Origin: Schmidtea nova
Taxonomy: Eukaryota
Direction: 5' to 3'
Length of the DNA stretch: 64,000 nucleotides
NCBI GenBank assembly: GCA_044892505.1
Contig: CM097882.1
Location: 538,780,001 to 538,844,000 of the forward strand
Each line of letters opens with the position of its first letter. The stretch's first letter is position 1. Shown here piece by piece: positions 13,189-24,446 of the stretch. Position numbers and translations under genes: made by a program. The notes below the pieces were generated by a model that was not told the DNA's origin, ran no database searches, and saw nothing but the letters and a program-made list of their open reading frames with translations.

Positions 13189-16039
13189 ATAAGTCAAGGG
13201 AGGTGTTAATATTTGATGTTAAGAAATTTGTTTAGCCCAACCGAGTCACCAGTAAAAGTGTATCGGAACAGCTCGGGTGTTTGTTCTATTTTATTCATGT
13301 ATGTGGGTGTGTGCTGCTTGTGCACTGCTTGTATATGTTGTGAATGCGTATTAACAACAAATGAACTAAAAACAACAATTGTAGAATCACTTTTAATTTT
13401 TAATAACAATGGCAATAAAACTTGTACTCGCGTAATTCTTTAAATTTCTCCAATCGTTCTTTTGAATTTTAAACCAAAGTTTTTTGTAAATTTACTTGAA
13501 ATTTCTTTGTTAGTCTTTATTTTGAATCCTTAACTAGAGTTTTCTAAAGTTTCCGGATTTTCCAATTTGATGAATTTTTCTAATTTCAGTAGTTAATTTT
13601 TTCTTTCATCAAAATCTAGTTGTCTTTTTATATCCAAATTTTTATTATTAGTTTTTTCCAATTGTCATAGGTAATTCTATAGAAATTTTATTTCAATTGT
13701 CATTTGATCATTGACCTTTTATTTGTATTTTAATTTTTAATTAATACGTGGTGCGCCCAATAAGTCGTGAGACTAATATAGAAATAATAATAGTAAAAAA
13801 CTTGATACAGACATATTTAAACTTCAACATATATAGGTAAAGAAAATGTATTTTGTTTAATTAATCCATTATTGTTTAAGTATATTTTTGCGAACATTCG
13901 AAAAATGCCTCTGGAAAATATTCAATACCGTAGGGTTATTCGCTTTCTCTTTCTGAAATGAAAAAATAGAGAAGAGGTTCTTTCTGAACGGAAAGCTGCT
14001 TACCAACAAGAGTGCCCATCCACAGCAACAATTTATCGTTGGTTCAATTACTTTCAGAGTGGTAGAACGTACGTGATGGAAGAAGAAAGATCTGGAAGAC
14101 CCTCAGAAATTGATGAAAAAAATAACGCAAAAGCTGCAGACAATCGTGCAAAACGAGAGAAAAATAACGACGAGAGAGCTCACAACCCGTCTAAATGTGA
14201 GCAAAGGCACTGTGCATACCCTCCTCACTGAAAGTGGTTTTCGAAAACTATGTTCCCGTTTGGTTCCACGCTTCTTATCGGTGGAAATGTGACAACGACG
14301 CTTGGAATGCTGCTTGGAGAATTTACAGATCATGACCAATGTTGGAGACCGTTTCATTGATAATGTCATCACTGTGTACGAGACACCGTTGTCCCTTTAT
14401 GTCCCAGAATCTAAAAGAGAGTCTCAAGAATGGAAACTGCCAGGAGAAAGTAGCTCACTGAAAATGTGGTCTTCAACTTGCTACCGAAAGGCTCTCATAC
14501 TGACGGTGTTTTGGGACGCCAATGGCATTATTCTAACTGACTTTGCTGAATCTGGCGTGAAGATCAATAGTTCTTACTACTCCAATATCGTGCAGCAAGC
14601 AAGGAAGGCACGACGCAAGACCAGAGTGTGTGATCTCTGTTTTTTACACGATAATGCTCCCATCCACACCAACAGCGTTTCAGTGGCCAAAATTGAGCGT
14701 TGCTGGCTCAATTTGCTTCCCCATCCACCATACAGCCCCGATTTGGCTCCCTCCGATTTTTTCCTTTTTAACCATCTTAAGAAGCATCTGTGGGGCCAGG
14801 TGTTTGCCAACAAACATGATTTGAGAGCAGCCGTGGAGAGAGATTTCTGGGATAAAAGCCTATAGAATTCTTCAAAAACGCCTTCGAAAACCTCGTTATT
14901 CACTGGGAAAATTGTATCAGTGCAGAAGGAAATTATTTTGAGAAATGATGTCTATTTACCATTTTTATTCTAAATACAAAGTTTTGTGTTGATATCTTAA
15001 GTCTCTCTATTTTAGTCTCACGACTTATTGGGCGGACTACGTATTTTCAAGCATAATTACCCAACATTACCAAATAATAAAAAGGAGCGTCATCCTGTGT
15101 TTGCAAGGACGACCTTATTAATAAAAGCGACGACAATATTAATAATGATAATAAAAATAATCACAATGTTGATATAACCTTTACACACACACATATATAT
15201 AATAAAGCACTTATTAGCATTGTAATTAACAAAATTTGAAGTTAAAGAAAAAAATAAATACGAATTAGTTGAGTTAAATCAAACTCGGTTCTAAGAGACT
15301 GCAATTCTTTCATAGATTTATTTCAATTAAAATTTTATAAAAAGTGCCAAATAATCAATTATTAAAACACCAGTTAATTTAAATATCTAACTAGTTGATT
15401 TATCAAAAGAATTTTATGAATTAATTAACAAAAACCTTTATATACTTTACTGAAAGAAAAAATATTGACCATTTTTTTGAAAATGTGTGGATTTTTAAAT
15501 TGTAGCTTATATAAAATTTTAATTGTTAGTTATTGAAAACAATTTTTATAGGTTTAAAACTGATCTAAAATTAAAATAATATATTTGATTGATCATTGTA
15601 CAAATTTTAATAAGAATTCTTAGTAAGTACTTTAGCAATTGAATTGTTTTTTTATTTAAATTTGTCAATTGAATTGTTAAGTTAGACAAAAAATTAATAG
15701 AAATTTCTGTATGTTATTTTAAAAATTTTTAATATATGATTTTCAAATAACTTGGCTATTAAAGTATTTATTTTGAACCAAAACTAGTAATAAGAGTACT
15801 AAATTTAACTTTATTATATAATATAAAATGAAAAACAATTCAATTTACTCATTATCAACCAGTTTCTAATTATTGATAAATTCGATAAGAAACTAATGTA
15901 CGTTAAAAGTAATTTAAATAGATCTTTTTTAAATTAATTTTATTAAATTTCAAATTTCTTAGAATAAATTTTAAAATATTTTTAATAAAAAATAAGTTCA
16001 ATATACGCGATTGATTGGAAACCATTGACAACAAACTAA
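4209..16039 (+). CDS. 7-exon gene, 265 aa, resembling C7orf31/SPMIP4 (DUF4555-like ciliary/sperm microtubule inner protein)
   Basis: Exons 4209-4345, 9024-9122, 9171-9331, 11857-11939, 11988-12227, 15863-15897, 15997-16039. All introns are GT-AG with matching phases; total 798 nt, ATG to TAA with no internal stop. QPYEITQLNLSKNRAHDSLVPSP...IPVYHPYSSHIPYF resembles my recollection of the C7orf31 N-terminal motif; TSTYQSDF and SIYAIDWKP resemble microtubule-inner-protein repeats. The structure is solid; the product name is less certain. Confidence 0.75.
4802..5778 (+). repeat. Solo-LTR family A copy (~977 bp) in intron 1 of the plus-strand gene
   Basis: Ends TTCACCAACAACCCAATAACCCAACA, the reverse complement of the TGTTGGGTTATTGGGTTGTTGGTGAA start at 56910; colinear similarity throughout. 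Confidence 0.8.
5800..6080 (-). mobile_element. Degraded Chapaev-3/CMC-like transposase C-terminal fragment
   Basis: Minus translation LWGKYRADNYNEFVINMLSYFKSLGFNIDTKIHLL matches the LGNxKAxNYxELVxxMLxxYxxLGCNMSLKIHFL pattern. Confidence 0.45.
7080..7330 (+). repeat. Unclassified dispersed repeat; second copy at ~59240-59480
   Basis: Shared blocks AAATAGTAG(G)GCAT(A/T)CG...CATTTCA...GCATCTCAAAA in both places. Confidence 0.5.
9780..11270 (+). mobile_element. Degraded hAT (Buster/SCAND3-ZBED type) transposon
   Basis: IVSVATDGTPATVGRYRGLISYLKNEVPNLIAVHCVIDRQHLVAK (TDGAxAM and CxxH motifs) at ~9940-10080; many stops; GGTTGAGAA right-end-like sequence near 11260. Confidence 0.8.
11381..11715. 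repeat. Near-perfect tandem duplication, 165-bp period, 2 copies
   Basis: AAGAGAAATTTATTACG at 11385 and 11550 with identical downstream sequence. Confidence 0.9.
12703..12924. mobile_element. MITE, 222 bp
   Basis: Perfect 14-bp TIRs ATAGACCGTAACTG (12703-12716) / CAGTTACGGTCTAT (12911-12924); no clear TSD. Confidence 0.7.
13110..13185. repeat. (TA)n microsatellite
   Basis: Direct reading. Confidence 0.98.
13186..15193 (+). mobile_element. Solo-LTR-like family B copy inserted in (TA)n, interrupted by a mariner
   Basis: Starts GTAATAAGTCAAGGGAGG right after (TA)n and ends TTTACACACACACA before TATATA; homologous ends to the copy at 38842-39957. Confidence 0.65.
13747..15041 (+). mobile_element. 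Full-length mariner (DD34D) transposon, 1295 bp, transposase disrupted
   Basis: 29-bp TIRs CGT(G/A)GT(G/C)CGCCCAATAAGTCGTGAGACTA, TA TSD (13745-46, 15042-43); ORFs 14110-14292 and 14302-14865 with HTH, LVPR, LHDNAPIH and YSPDLAPSDF; first catalytic D altered (ITVYET); internal stops. Confidence 0.95.
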
Positions 16040-16169
16040 TTTGTATAAGCAGATACTTTGTCATTGTATTTAGTATCACTAGGTTGTAAAACCATTAGAG
16101 TATACAGTTTTCATATATTGTTTGAAGAAAATATGTAATAAAAACTAAAATTTAACCAATTAAATTATT

Positions 16170-18591
16170 CAAATTCGGTCTACATATAGTAGGTTCATAT
16201 CGATAAGAGGCTTGAATTCTAGTACTACACATTGTTCCAAAATCAGTAAATTCTGTATTAATCTGTTAAAACTCAATTAGAGTTCCCTTTTTAAATTATT
16301 AACGGTATCCGCAGTAAAACTATAAAATGATCAATTTAACCCTGATTATGTTGTCATACATATTGTTCGAGGTCAATTCGGTTTTCTTTTTGAATACAAG
16401 ATTGGGTTTGAATTTTTTCCATCATTTCCGCGGCCTCTTTGATTTTAAATGAACATAATATATATGAATCATGGATTTCGGTTTTGCCATTTTTATTTAA
16501 TTGTTTAATAAGTATAAGGTTTATAAAATGAAAGAGCGTAAATGCTCGGAGTTGTTAATTTTATTATAAGGTGATCATTCTAGTAGTTTTGGCTTTAGTC
16601 ATAACTATTAAGAAAAACATCTTTTCCAGATATAGCTAATTGAAGAACAACAGTTACGTTTAAAGTTCTATCAAGTGACTTTGGAATTTCAAATTTAATA
16701 GACATTATATTAATAGACATTTAAAAGATATTGTAATTTATTTTACTATTTTAGATATTAGATTTTGAGATCAATTCAACAAAAGAAAATCAAATCACAA
16801 TTCAAAATATTCCCATAAATTGTGCTTTATTTGCTCATTTTATGAATTAAAACTTTTGATGTGTTAGCTTTTATAATATGTTAGTTAGTTGTGTTTTGGA
16901 AATTTTTAATGTTCATTTAAAATGCTTTCGATTTTTAAAGTTTAAAACTATCTCGTGTGATTTTAGTTGTTTCTATATTGAGAATTTTCTCTAATTTGAA
17001 TAAATTGAATTTTTAATTTAGTTATTATAAATGACCTTATTAGCGCGTTTTATTAGTTAGTATTCAGTAAATAAAAAATATTTGTTGATTGAAAACTTAT
17101 TAAAAACACAGTGAAGCAAAGTAAGACGAAATTCATTAAAAAACACATTAAAATTTCAAATTGTATTTTTAAAAATAATTTTTAAAAATACAATTTGAAA
17201 TTTAAATGTAGAGCCTTATCTTCAAATTTCGTCTTACTTTGCTTCATTGTATTTTCAATAAGTTTTTGATCATAAGAGGTTTGGATTTATCTATTATATC
17301 AGAAAATAAGATAAAAAGGACAATCCTTTCTACGTAACGGTGTCAAGTTAGTCAAATAAACATCTGCAATGGCACATCTACTTCGTTCGTTAATAGTGTT
17401 AATAAATTTATGACTTCTCTCTACAATACTGTAATGAGATAGGCAATTAATTGTTTTACGGGTTAACTAAAGTTTCGCTATTTACGGATAAAAAATATAA
17501 AATCATTATTATTTGAAAAAACATTTATCGGATGACTTTTTGTTTTTAATAAGTAAAGCTTTGTGATACCCATTGTAAATCCACAATAGCAGAATAGTTT
17601 CGAGCTTTTGGCTCTCATCCGTGCTATGCGGGAGACATGAAAATTTCTCTCCGTGCCAGGTAAGAAACAACTTTGTTAAATACCATACCTGGTACACTGA
17701 ATATCACATCACTTGAATATGCAAGGTCTTACAGATAATCTGTAACTAGCAAACATGGCGTATAAATTTCATATTTCCTTCTGCGCACTAGAAGTGTTCA
17801 ACAGAAACTGTTTGCAAGCGCACCCGACCGCCTTAGCTTTATCCTAAAACTTTTAATAAACACATTTAAAAAGAAATACAAATAATACTCTCACATAAAA
17901 ACCAAAAAAATAAACAAAGTTATCTGTATTTTTATACACAAATTTAAATTGCCCTATTTTCATAGGGCAATTAAAAAAACTTTTCTAAAGTCAAAAGGTA
18001 AAAAATTCTGTAATTAAATTTAAATATATTCAGTTCAAGTTAAATAGGTTGACAATAAAGCATTGTGATTTTTCAAAGACAAAAGAATGACATAATTTTT
18101 TTAAAAATTAATGAAAAAGGTAAACTGAGGCAAACTGAGAGTTTTAATGACATCATATTTAGTCATTTTAAATGAACTATAAACAAAACAGTTTAATGAC
18201 AATATCAAAAATAAGTACTAAAATTTTAGGAGATCTATGAGTGGACAATATTTAATATTTAAATTATTTTAAAGTAAAATTAATTATGAAATAAATTTTC
18301 AACTAAATCTTTCAAAATACAATGTTCATAGTTATAAAATATATTTTTTAACCACTTCATTTCAGACTCAAATAACGAGTAAAACACGCTTTTGAATGCA
18401 TGTTTCTTGCTTGTAGCCGATTTTTGGTTCAAAATCCATGAATAATCGATGGGATTAAAATGATATATTTTCTCGGCATCGGACACTAGGATTTGTAAAC
18501 TTGATATGATTTCATCATCTTTTTCTATAGACAAGAGACCATCAATCAAATTTATAATAAATATTTCTTGTTCCATTTTATAAATAATCAT
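16170..18591 (-). CDS. Possible multi-exon gene of unknown product, convergent with the plus-strand gene
   Basis: Exon-like open segments: ORF 18280-18591 (MEQEIFIINLIDGLL...), ~17340-17430 (IVERSHKFINTINERSRC...), ~16340-16495 followed by a GT-AG intron into INTEFTDFGTMCSTRIQASYRYEPTICRPNLNNLIG*. A complete in-phase model could not be built. Confidence 0.3.
17091..17267. repeat. Fold-back (palindromic) element
   Basis: Perfect 25-bp arms 17151-17175/17179-17203 with a 3-nt loop, nested in 21-bp perfect arms 17113-17133/17225-17245 and imperfect outer arms. Confidence 0.9.
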
Positions 18592-19174
18592 AAATTTTCA
18601 AGTATTTATACAAATTTGTCCAAGATGTGTGTGTATTACTCATTTGATTGAACAAGTATTGCAATTTGACTGTATTTGTATTGTAAGTGTCGTGCACTTG
18701 TATTTTAAGTCATTCGCTTAAGATATCAAATGCATTTCAATACATATCATTCAACTGAAGGTCATACAACTACATACCATAATTTATATGTGTCAGTAAT
18801 TATTTATACATATAAACCGTATTGATTTACTCTGACTAGTAAGTTTTGGATAACTGGTACTCAAATAAACACTGATCATGTTTTTACTAGAGTCATCATA
18901 AAAATACTAAATATGAGTCTTTTCATCAAAATATATGTTAAATCATTACATGAAATAGTATTTACGATTCGCCCACTGATTATTCACAATAAAACTACGA
19001 TTTTCATGTTTAATCATTGTCTTTGCTTACCGGATTCTGTTTAAATAATCCGATCAAATTAATCCAAATAAGTTTCTACATGAGAAACTTGTTATATATG
19101 AGTGTTTTGTGCAAAATAAGCACTTTGTGCAGCATAAGCACTTTGTGCCACATTAAAACCTAGTTTGATAGGAT

Positions 19175-19357
19175 NNNNNNNNNNNNNNNNNNNNNNNNNN
19201 NNNNNNNNNNNNNNNNNNNNNNNNNNNNNNNNNNNNNNNNNNNNNNNNNNNNNNNNNNNNNNNNNNNNNNNNNNNNNNNNNNNNNNNNNNNNNNNNNNNN
19301 NNNNNNNNNNNNNNNNNNNNNNNNNNNNNNNNNNNNNNNNNNNNNNNNNNNNNNNNN
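19175..19357. other. Assembly gap (183 N)
   Basis: Run of N. Confidence 1.
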
Positions 19358-19559
19358 ATCAATAATAGTTATTGATAGATTTGTCTAAGAAAATATATGA
19401 TGGGGACACTTTTATTATTATTTGACTGGGGAAAGCCGGAGAGGAAAATGAAAAAACTTTAATATTTTATTTTATATTTTAGTAAATGAGGGTTGGGGGA
19501 TTTGTTATCCCTTATTTTATTTTTAAAATGAATCATGCTAGTCATTGTGGTGGATGACC

Positions 19560-22500
19560 GTACTTTATTTAAATTAAATAAATATATTTCATATATGACC
19601 TACTTAAATTAAATAATTTTACATATAAAGTATTTAATAAGCCTTTAATAAAAATTAATTTTTCATATAAAAAGTACATAATTTTACTTGAAATAAAAAT
19701 ATTTTTCATATATATTAAGTACTTAATTTTGCCGTAAATAAAAATATTTTCATATATGACCTACTTAATTTGATAATAAATATTTAATTTCTTATATATG
19801 ACCTACTTTATTTGACCTTAAATTGTCCCTTAATATATGACCTACTTTATTTTAAATTAAATAATACGATTTTCATGTATGACCTACTTTATTTTGTCTT
19901 AAATAAAAATATTTCATATATGACCTACTTTATTTTGTCTTAAATAAAAATATTTCATATATGACCTACTTAATTTTAAATTAAATAATAATGTCTTTAT
20001 ATATGACCTACTTAATTTAAATTAAATAAAATTATTTTCATATGACCTACTTAATTTGACTTTAATAATATTTAATTTTCATATAAAAAGTACCAAATTT
20101 GACTTTAAATTAAGTATATAAATATATGACCTACTTAATTTAAAAATATTTTCATATATGACTTACTAAAATTAAATAATTTTTCATATAAAGTACTTCA
20201 TTTGGTTTTAATTAAATCTACTTTTTCATAAATAAAATACCTAATTTGACTTAAAATAAAAATATTTTTAATATATTAAGTACTTAATTTTGTCTTAAAT
20301 AAAAATATTTTCATATATGACCTACTTAATTTGATAATAAATATTTAATTTCTTATATATGACCTACTTTATTTGAACTTAAATTGTCCTTAAATTATAA
20401 TTTTTTATATATGACGTACTTAATTTTAAATTAAATAAAAATATTTCATATATGACCTACTTAATATGATAAAAAATATTTAATTTCTCATATATGACCT
20501 ACTTAATTTAACTTTAATAATATCTAATTTTCGTATGAAAGTACCTAATTTTACTTTAAATTAAATATATGACCTACATAATTTAAAAATATTTCATATA
20601 TGACCTACTTAATTTAATTTAAATAATATCTAATTTTCATACAAAAGTACCTAATTTTACTTTAAATTAAATATTTAAATATATGACCTACTTAATTTAA
20701 AAATATTTCATATATGACCTACTTCATTTAACTCGAATAATATATATTTTTCATACAAAAAGTACCTAATTTTAGTTTAAATTAAATATTTAAATATATG
20801 ACCTACTTTATTTGACCTTAAATTGTCCCTAAATATATGACCTACTTTATTTTAAATTAAATAATACGATTTTCATATATGACCTACTTTATTTTGTCTT
20901 AAATAAAAATATTTCATATATGACCTACTTAATTTTAAATTAAATAATAATGTCTTTATATATGACTTACTTAATTTAAATTAAATAAAATTATTTTCAT
21001 ATGACCTACTTAATTTGACTTTAATAATATTTAATTTTCATATAAAAAGTACCAAATTTGACTTTAAATTAAGTATATAAATATATGACCTACTTAATTT
21101 AAAAATATTTTCATATATGACTTACTAAAATTAAATAATTTTTCATATAAAGTACTTCATTTGGTTTTAATTAAATCTACTTTTTCATAAATAAAATACC
21201 TAATTTGACTTAAAATAAAAATATTTTTAATATATTAAGTACTTAATTTTGTCTTAAATAAAAATATTTTCATATATGACCTACTTAATTTGATAATAAA
21301 TATTTAATTTCTTATATATGACCTACTTTATTTGAACTTAAATTGTCCTTAAATTATAATTTTTTATATATGACGTACTTAATTTTAAATTAAATAAAAA
21401 TATTTCATATATGACCTACTTAATATGATAAAAAATATTTAATTTCTCATATATGACCTACTTAATTTAACTTTAATAATATCTAATTTTCGTATGAAAG
21501 TACCTAATTTTACTTTAAATTAAATATATGACCTACATAATTTAAAAATATTTCATATATGACCTACTTAATTTAATTTAAATAATATCTAATTTTCATA
21601 CAAAAGTACCTAATTTTACTTTAAATTAAATATTTAAATATATGACCTACTTAATTTAAAAATATTTCATATATGACCTACTTCATTTAACTCGAATAAT
21701 ATATATTTTTCATACAAAAAGTACCTAATTTTAGTTTAAATTAAATATTTAAATATATGACCTACTTTATTTGACCTTAAATTGTCCCTAAATATATGAC
21801 CTACTTTATTTTAAATTAAATAATACGATTTTCATATATGACCTACTTTATTTTGTCTTAAATAAAAATATTTCATATATGACCTACTTAATTTTAAATT
21901 AAATAATAATGTCTTTATATATGACTTACTTAATTTAAATTAAATAAAATTATTTTCATATGACCTACTTAATTTGACTTTAATAATATTTAATTTTCAT
22001 TTAAAAAGTACCAAATTTGACTTTAAATTAAGTATATAAATATATGACCTACTTAATTTAAAAATATTTTCATGTATGACTTACTAAAATTAAATAACTT
22101 TTCATATAAAGTACTTCATTTGGTTTTAATAAAATCTACTTTTTCATAAATAAAGTACCTAATTTGACTTTAAATAAAAATATTTTTCATATATTAAGTA
22201 CTTAATTTTGTCTTAAATAAAAATATTTTCATATATGACCTACTTAATTTAAATATATTTCATATGACCTACTTAATTTAATTTAAAGAATATCTAATTT
22301 GCATACAAAAAGTACCTAATTTTACTTTAAATTAAATATTTAAATATATGACCTACTTAATTTAAATATATTTCATATATGACCTACTTAATTTAAATAT
22401 ATTTCATATATGACCTACTTAATTTAATTTAAAGAATATCTAATTTTCATACAAAAAGTACCTAATTTTAGTTTAAATTCAATATTTAAATATATGACCT

Positions 22501-22800
22501 ACTTAATTTAACTTTAATAATATCTAATTTTCATACAAAAAGTACCTAATTTTACTTTAAATTAAATATTTAAATATATGACCTACTTTATTTGACCTTA
22601 AATTGTCCTTAAATATATGACCTACTATATTTGACCTTAAATTCCCCTTAAAAAATGAACCTAAAGTGTCCTTAAATCGACCAAGATCTACTTTTTTGTT
22701 CTTAATGTGTCCTAAAACAAAAAATTTGACCTTAAATTCCTCTTAAGCGAAAAATTTGACCTTAAAATGACCTTAAATTGACCTACATAAAAAATTATTT
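19560..22800. repeat. AT-rich satellite of ATATGACCTACTT-core monomers with a 959-bp higher-order repeat
   Basis: About 43 TGACCTACTT copies counted by eye, alternating with AAAGTAC(C/T)TAAT variants. An identical block starts at 19921, 20880 and 21839 (period 959). TGACCTTAAA variants at the right edge. Confidence 0.95.
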
Positions 22801-22830
22801 TTGACCTATATATGACGGGGACACATCCTA

Positions 22831-23400
22831 CTACTGATGAGCTGGGCTATTAAAGCTTATTGCGAGCACCAGTGATATATTCGCACCTCTCCTGGTAGGA
22901 ATTTGTGCAAAGAGTCTCTTACCTTTTCTGTTTCGTCTGGGAGTTTTGCTTGTCCATGTATTGAAGCCACATTCATCGATGTAGACACATTTATCATCTG
23001 TCCATCCTTCTTCGAGAAGTTTTCGAACGTAATCTGATCTTGTTTGTAAAACTCTTTCCGAGTTTCGATCTACAATACATGTACAGACCTTCTTGAAACT
23101 TATCAGCTTATCTTTTAAAAATCTGGATATTGTTCTTGTGGATACATTGCAGCTAATAGTATTCAGGAAGTTTTTCATTTCTTCCAAAGTAGCCCAATAA
23201 TTGTGGTGCACAAAATCTATTAATTGTGTTCCATTTTCTTCAGTTATTAGGCTGACATGTTTTCTGCCTCTTTTACCTGCTGTAAGAAGGCCAGTTTTTC
23301 CAACGCGACCCTATGTTTTTAATAGTTTTAGGTTCAAAACCCATTTCTCAGCCAAATTCTTCATATTTTTCACCCTATTTCATTATTTCTATTAATAATG
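22831..23400 (-). mobile_element. IS630/Tc1-like (DDE_3-type) transposase fragment, truncated after the first catalytic Asp region
   Basis: HTH region (KRGRK...ATLEEMKNFL...VSTRTISRFLK), SFKK, VYIDECGFNTW, RGANISLVLAIS; frameshift upstream; ends at the satellite junction. Confidence 0.8.
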
Positions 23401-24164
23401 TTTTTTCAAGTTCAGAATATCTATAAAGATTTAAGTTAATAATTAAAAATTCAAATTTGTTTTACTTTTTCCGATATTTTCTTTCTACAGTTTCGGCCGT
23501 TTGAGTCATTGTAGCTTCATTTTCTGCATTTCTAAAAATATTTTTTATTAAATTTTGTAATTTAATTGTAAATTTACATTTCTACTTGATCTTCTCCAAT
23601 AAATTACAGGGCTGATTCAGAAGAAGCTTCTGAAATATTTTCATAAATCATTATTTTTTAAAATTTGAAAATCCCTTAATTAAAGACTGTCACTTAAATT
23701 ATGTCCATGTGTTTGTATTTTTTATTATAGGTTTTTTGTGTGTTGTGTAAGTGTGTTTTTTTGACCTAATTTATTTTTCTTATTTTCTATAGTGTAGGCT
23801 GTAATTTATGACTATGCTTTTTTTCTTTGTCCTAATCTGCAGTAGGTATGTATATTTTTTCTATATATAAAATAATTTGTTATTATAGATACTTTAAATA
23901 TTACCTATCTGGCCCTTAATTTATGCGCTTTGGTGTAGATAGCTTATTATCTATCTAAGTGAGTGTCTTTTTTGACTTCGCGACTGTGTGCGTGCCTTAT
24001 AGTTATTTGTTTTTTAACTAATTAGGAAATTAGTGGATTTAATTGTTGTTTTGTCAAATTAATTGATTTTGATTTGTTTGACAAAAAATTAAAGGTTTAA
24101 AATGGGACTTTGTTTAAATATAATTTTAAAATTGAAATTTGTTATGAATTGACTTGATTATTTC

Positions 24165-24411
24165 TATCGGGGTTGCGACTTTCGTTACCGATACCCCTAA
24201 AACAAAAGTCATTACCATAAAATACAACATTTATTTAAAATATATCTTTTTGTGCTTCATTTAAAACTGCTTCTAAAGTGTTTATATTCAAATTCCAAAT
24301 TCTGCTTCTAAAGTGCTTTATTTCTCTTCAAATTCTCTTCTGCGTTATAAATTTAAATTCTGCCATGCGTTATCTTATTAAAACAACTATTTTTTTATAT
24401 ATGTCCATATT

Positions 24412-24446
<35 letters not shown>

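Noticed and set aside
17947-17972. 11-bp hairpin as a Helitron 3' end
   Set aside because: No CTRR terminus downstream and no matching 5' TC end identified.
19153-19365. ORFs made of X residues
   Set aside because: Artefacts of the N gap.
19560-22640. CRISPR-like repeat-spacer array
   Set aside because: The spacers are homologous AT-rich degenerate sequence, recur in a 959-bp higher-order unit, and no cas genes are present; the context is eukaryotic. It is a satellite.
22830-22870. Hammerhead ribozyme core CTGATGA (also 12078, 32935, 40548 and minus-strand hits)
   Set aside because: No stem II followed by GAAA and no NUH cleavage triplet geometry at any site examined.
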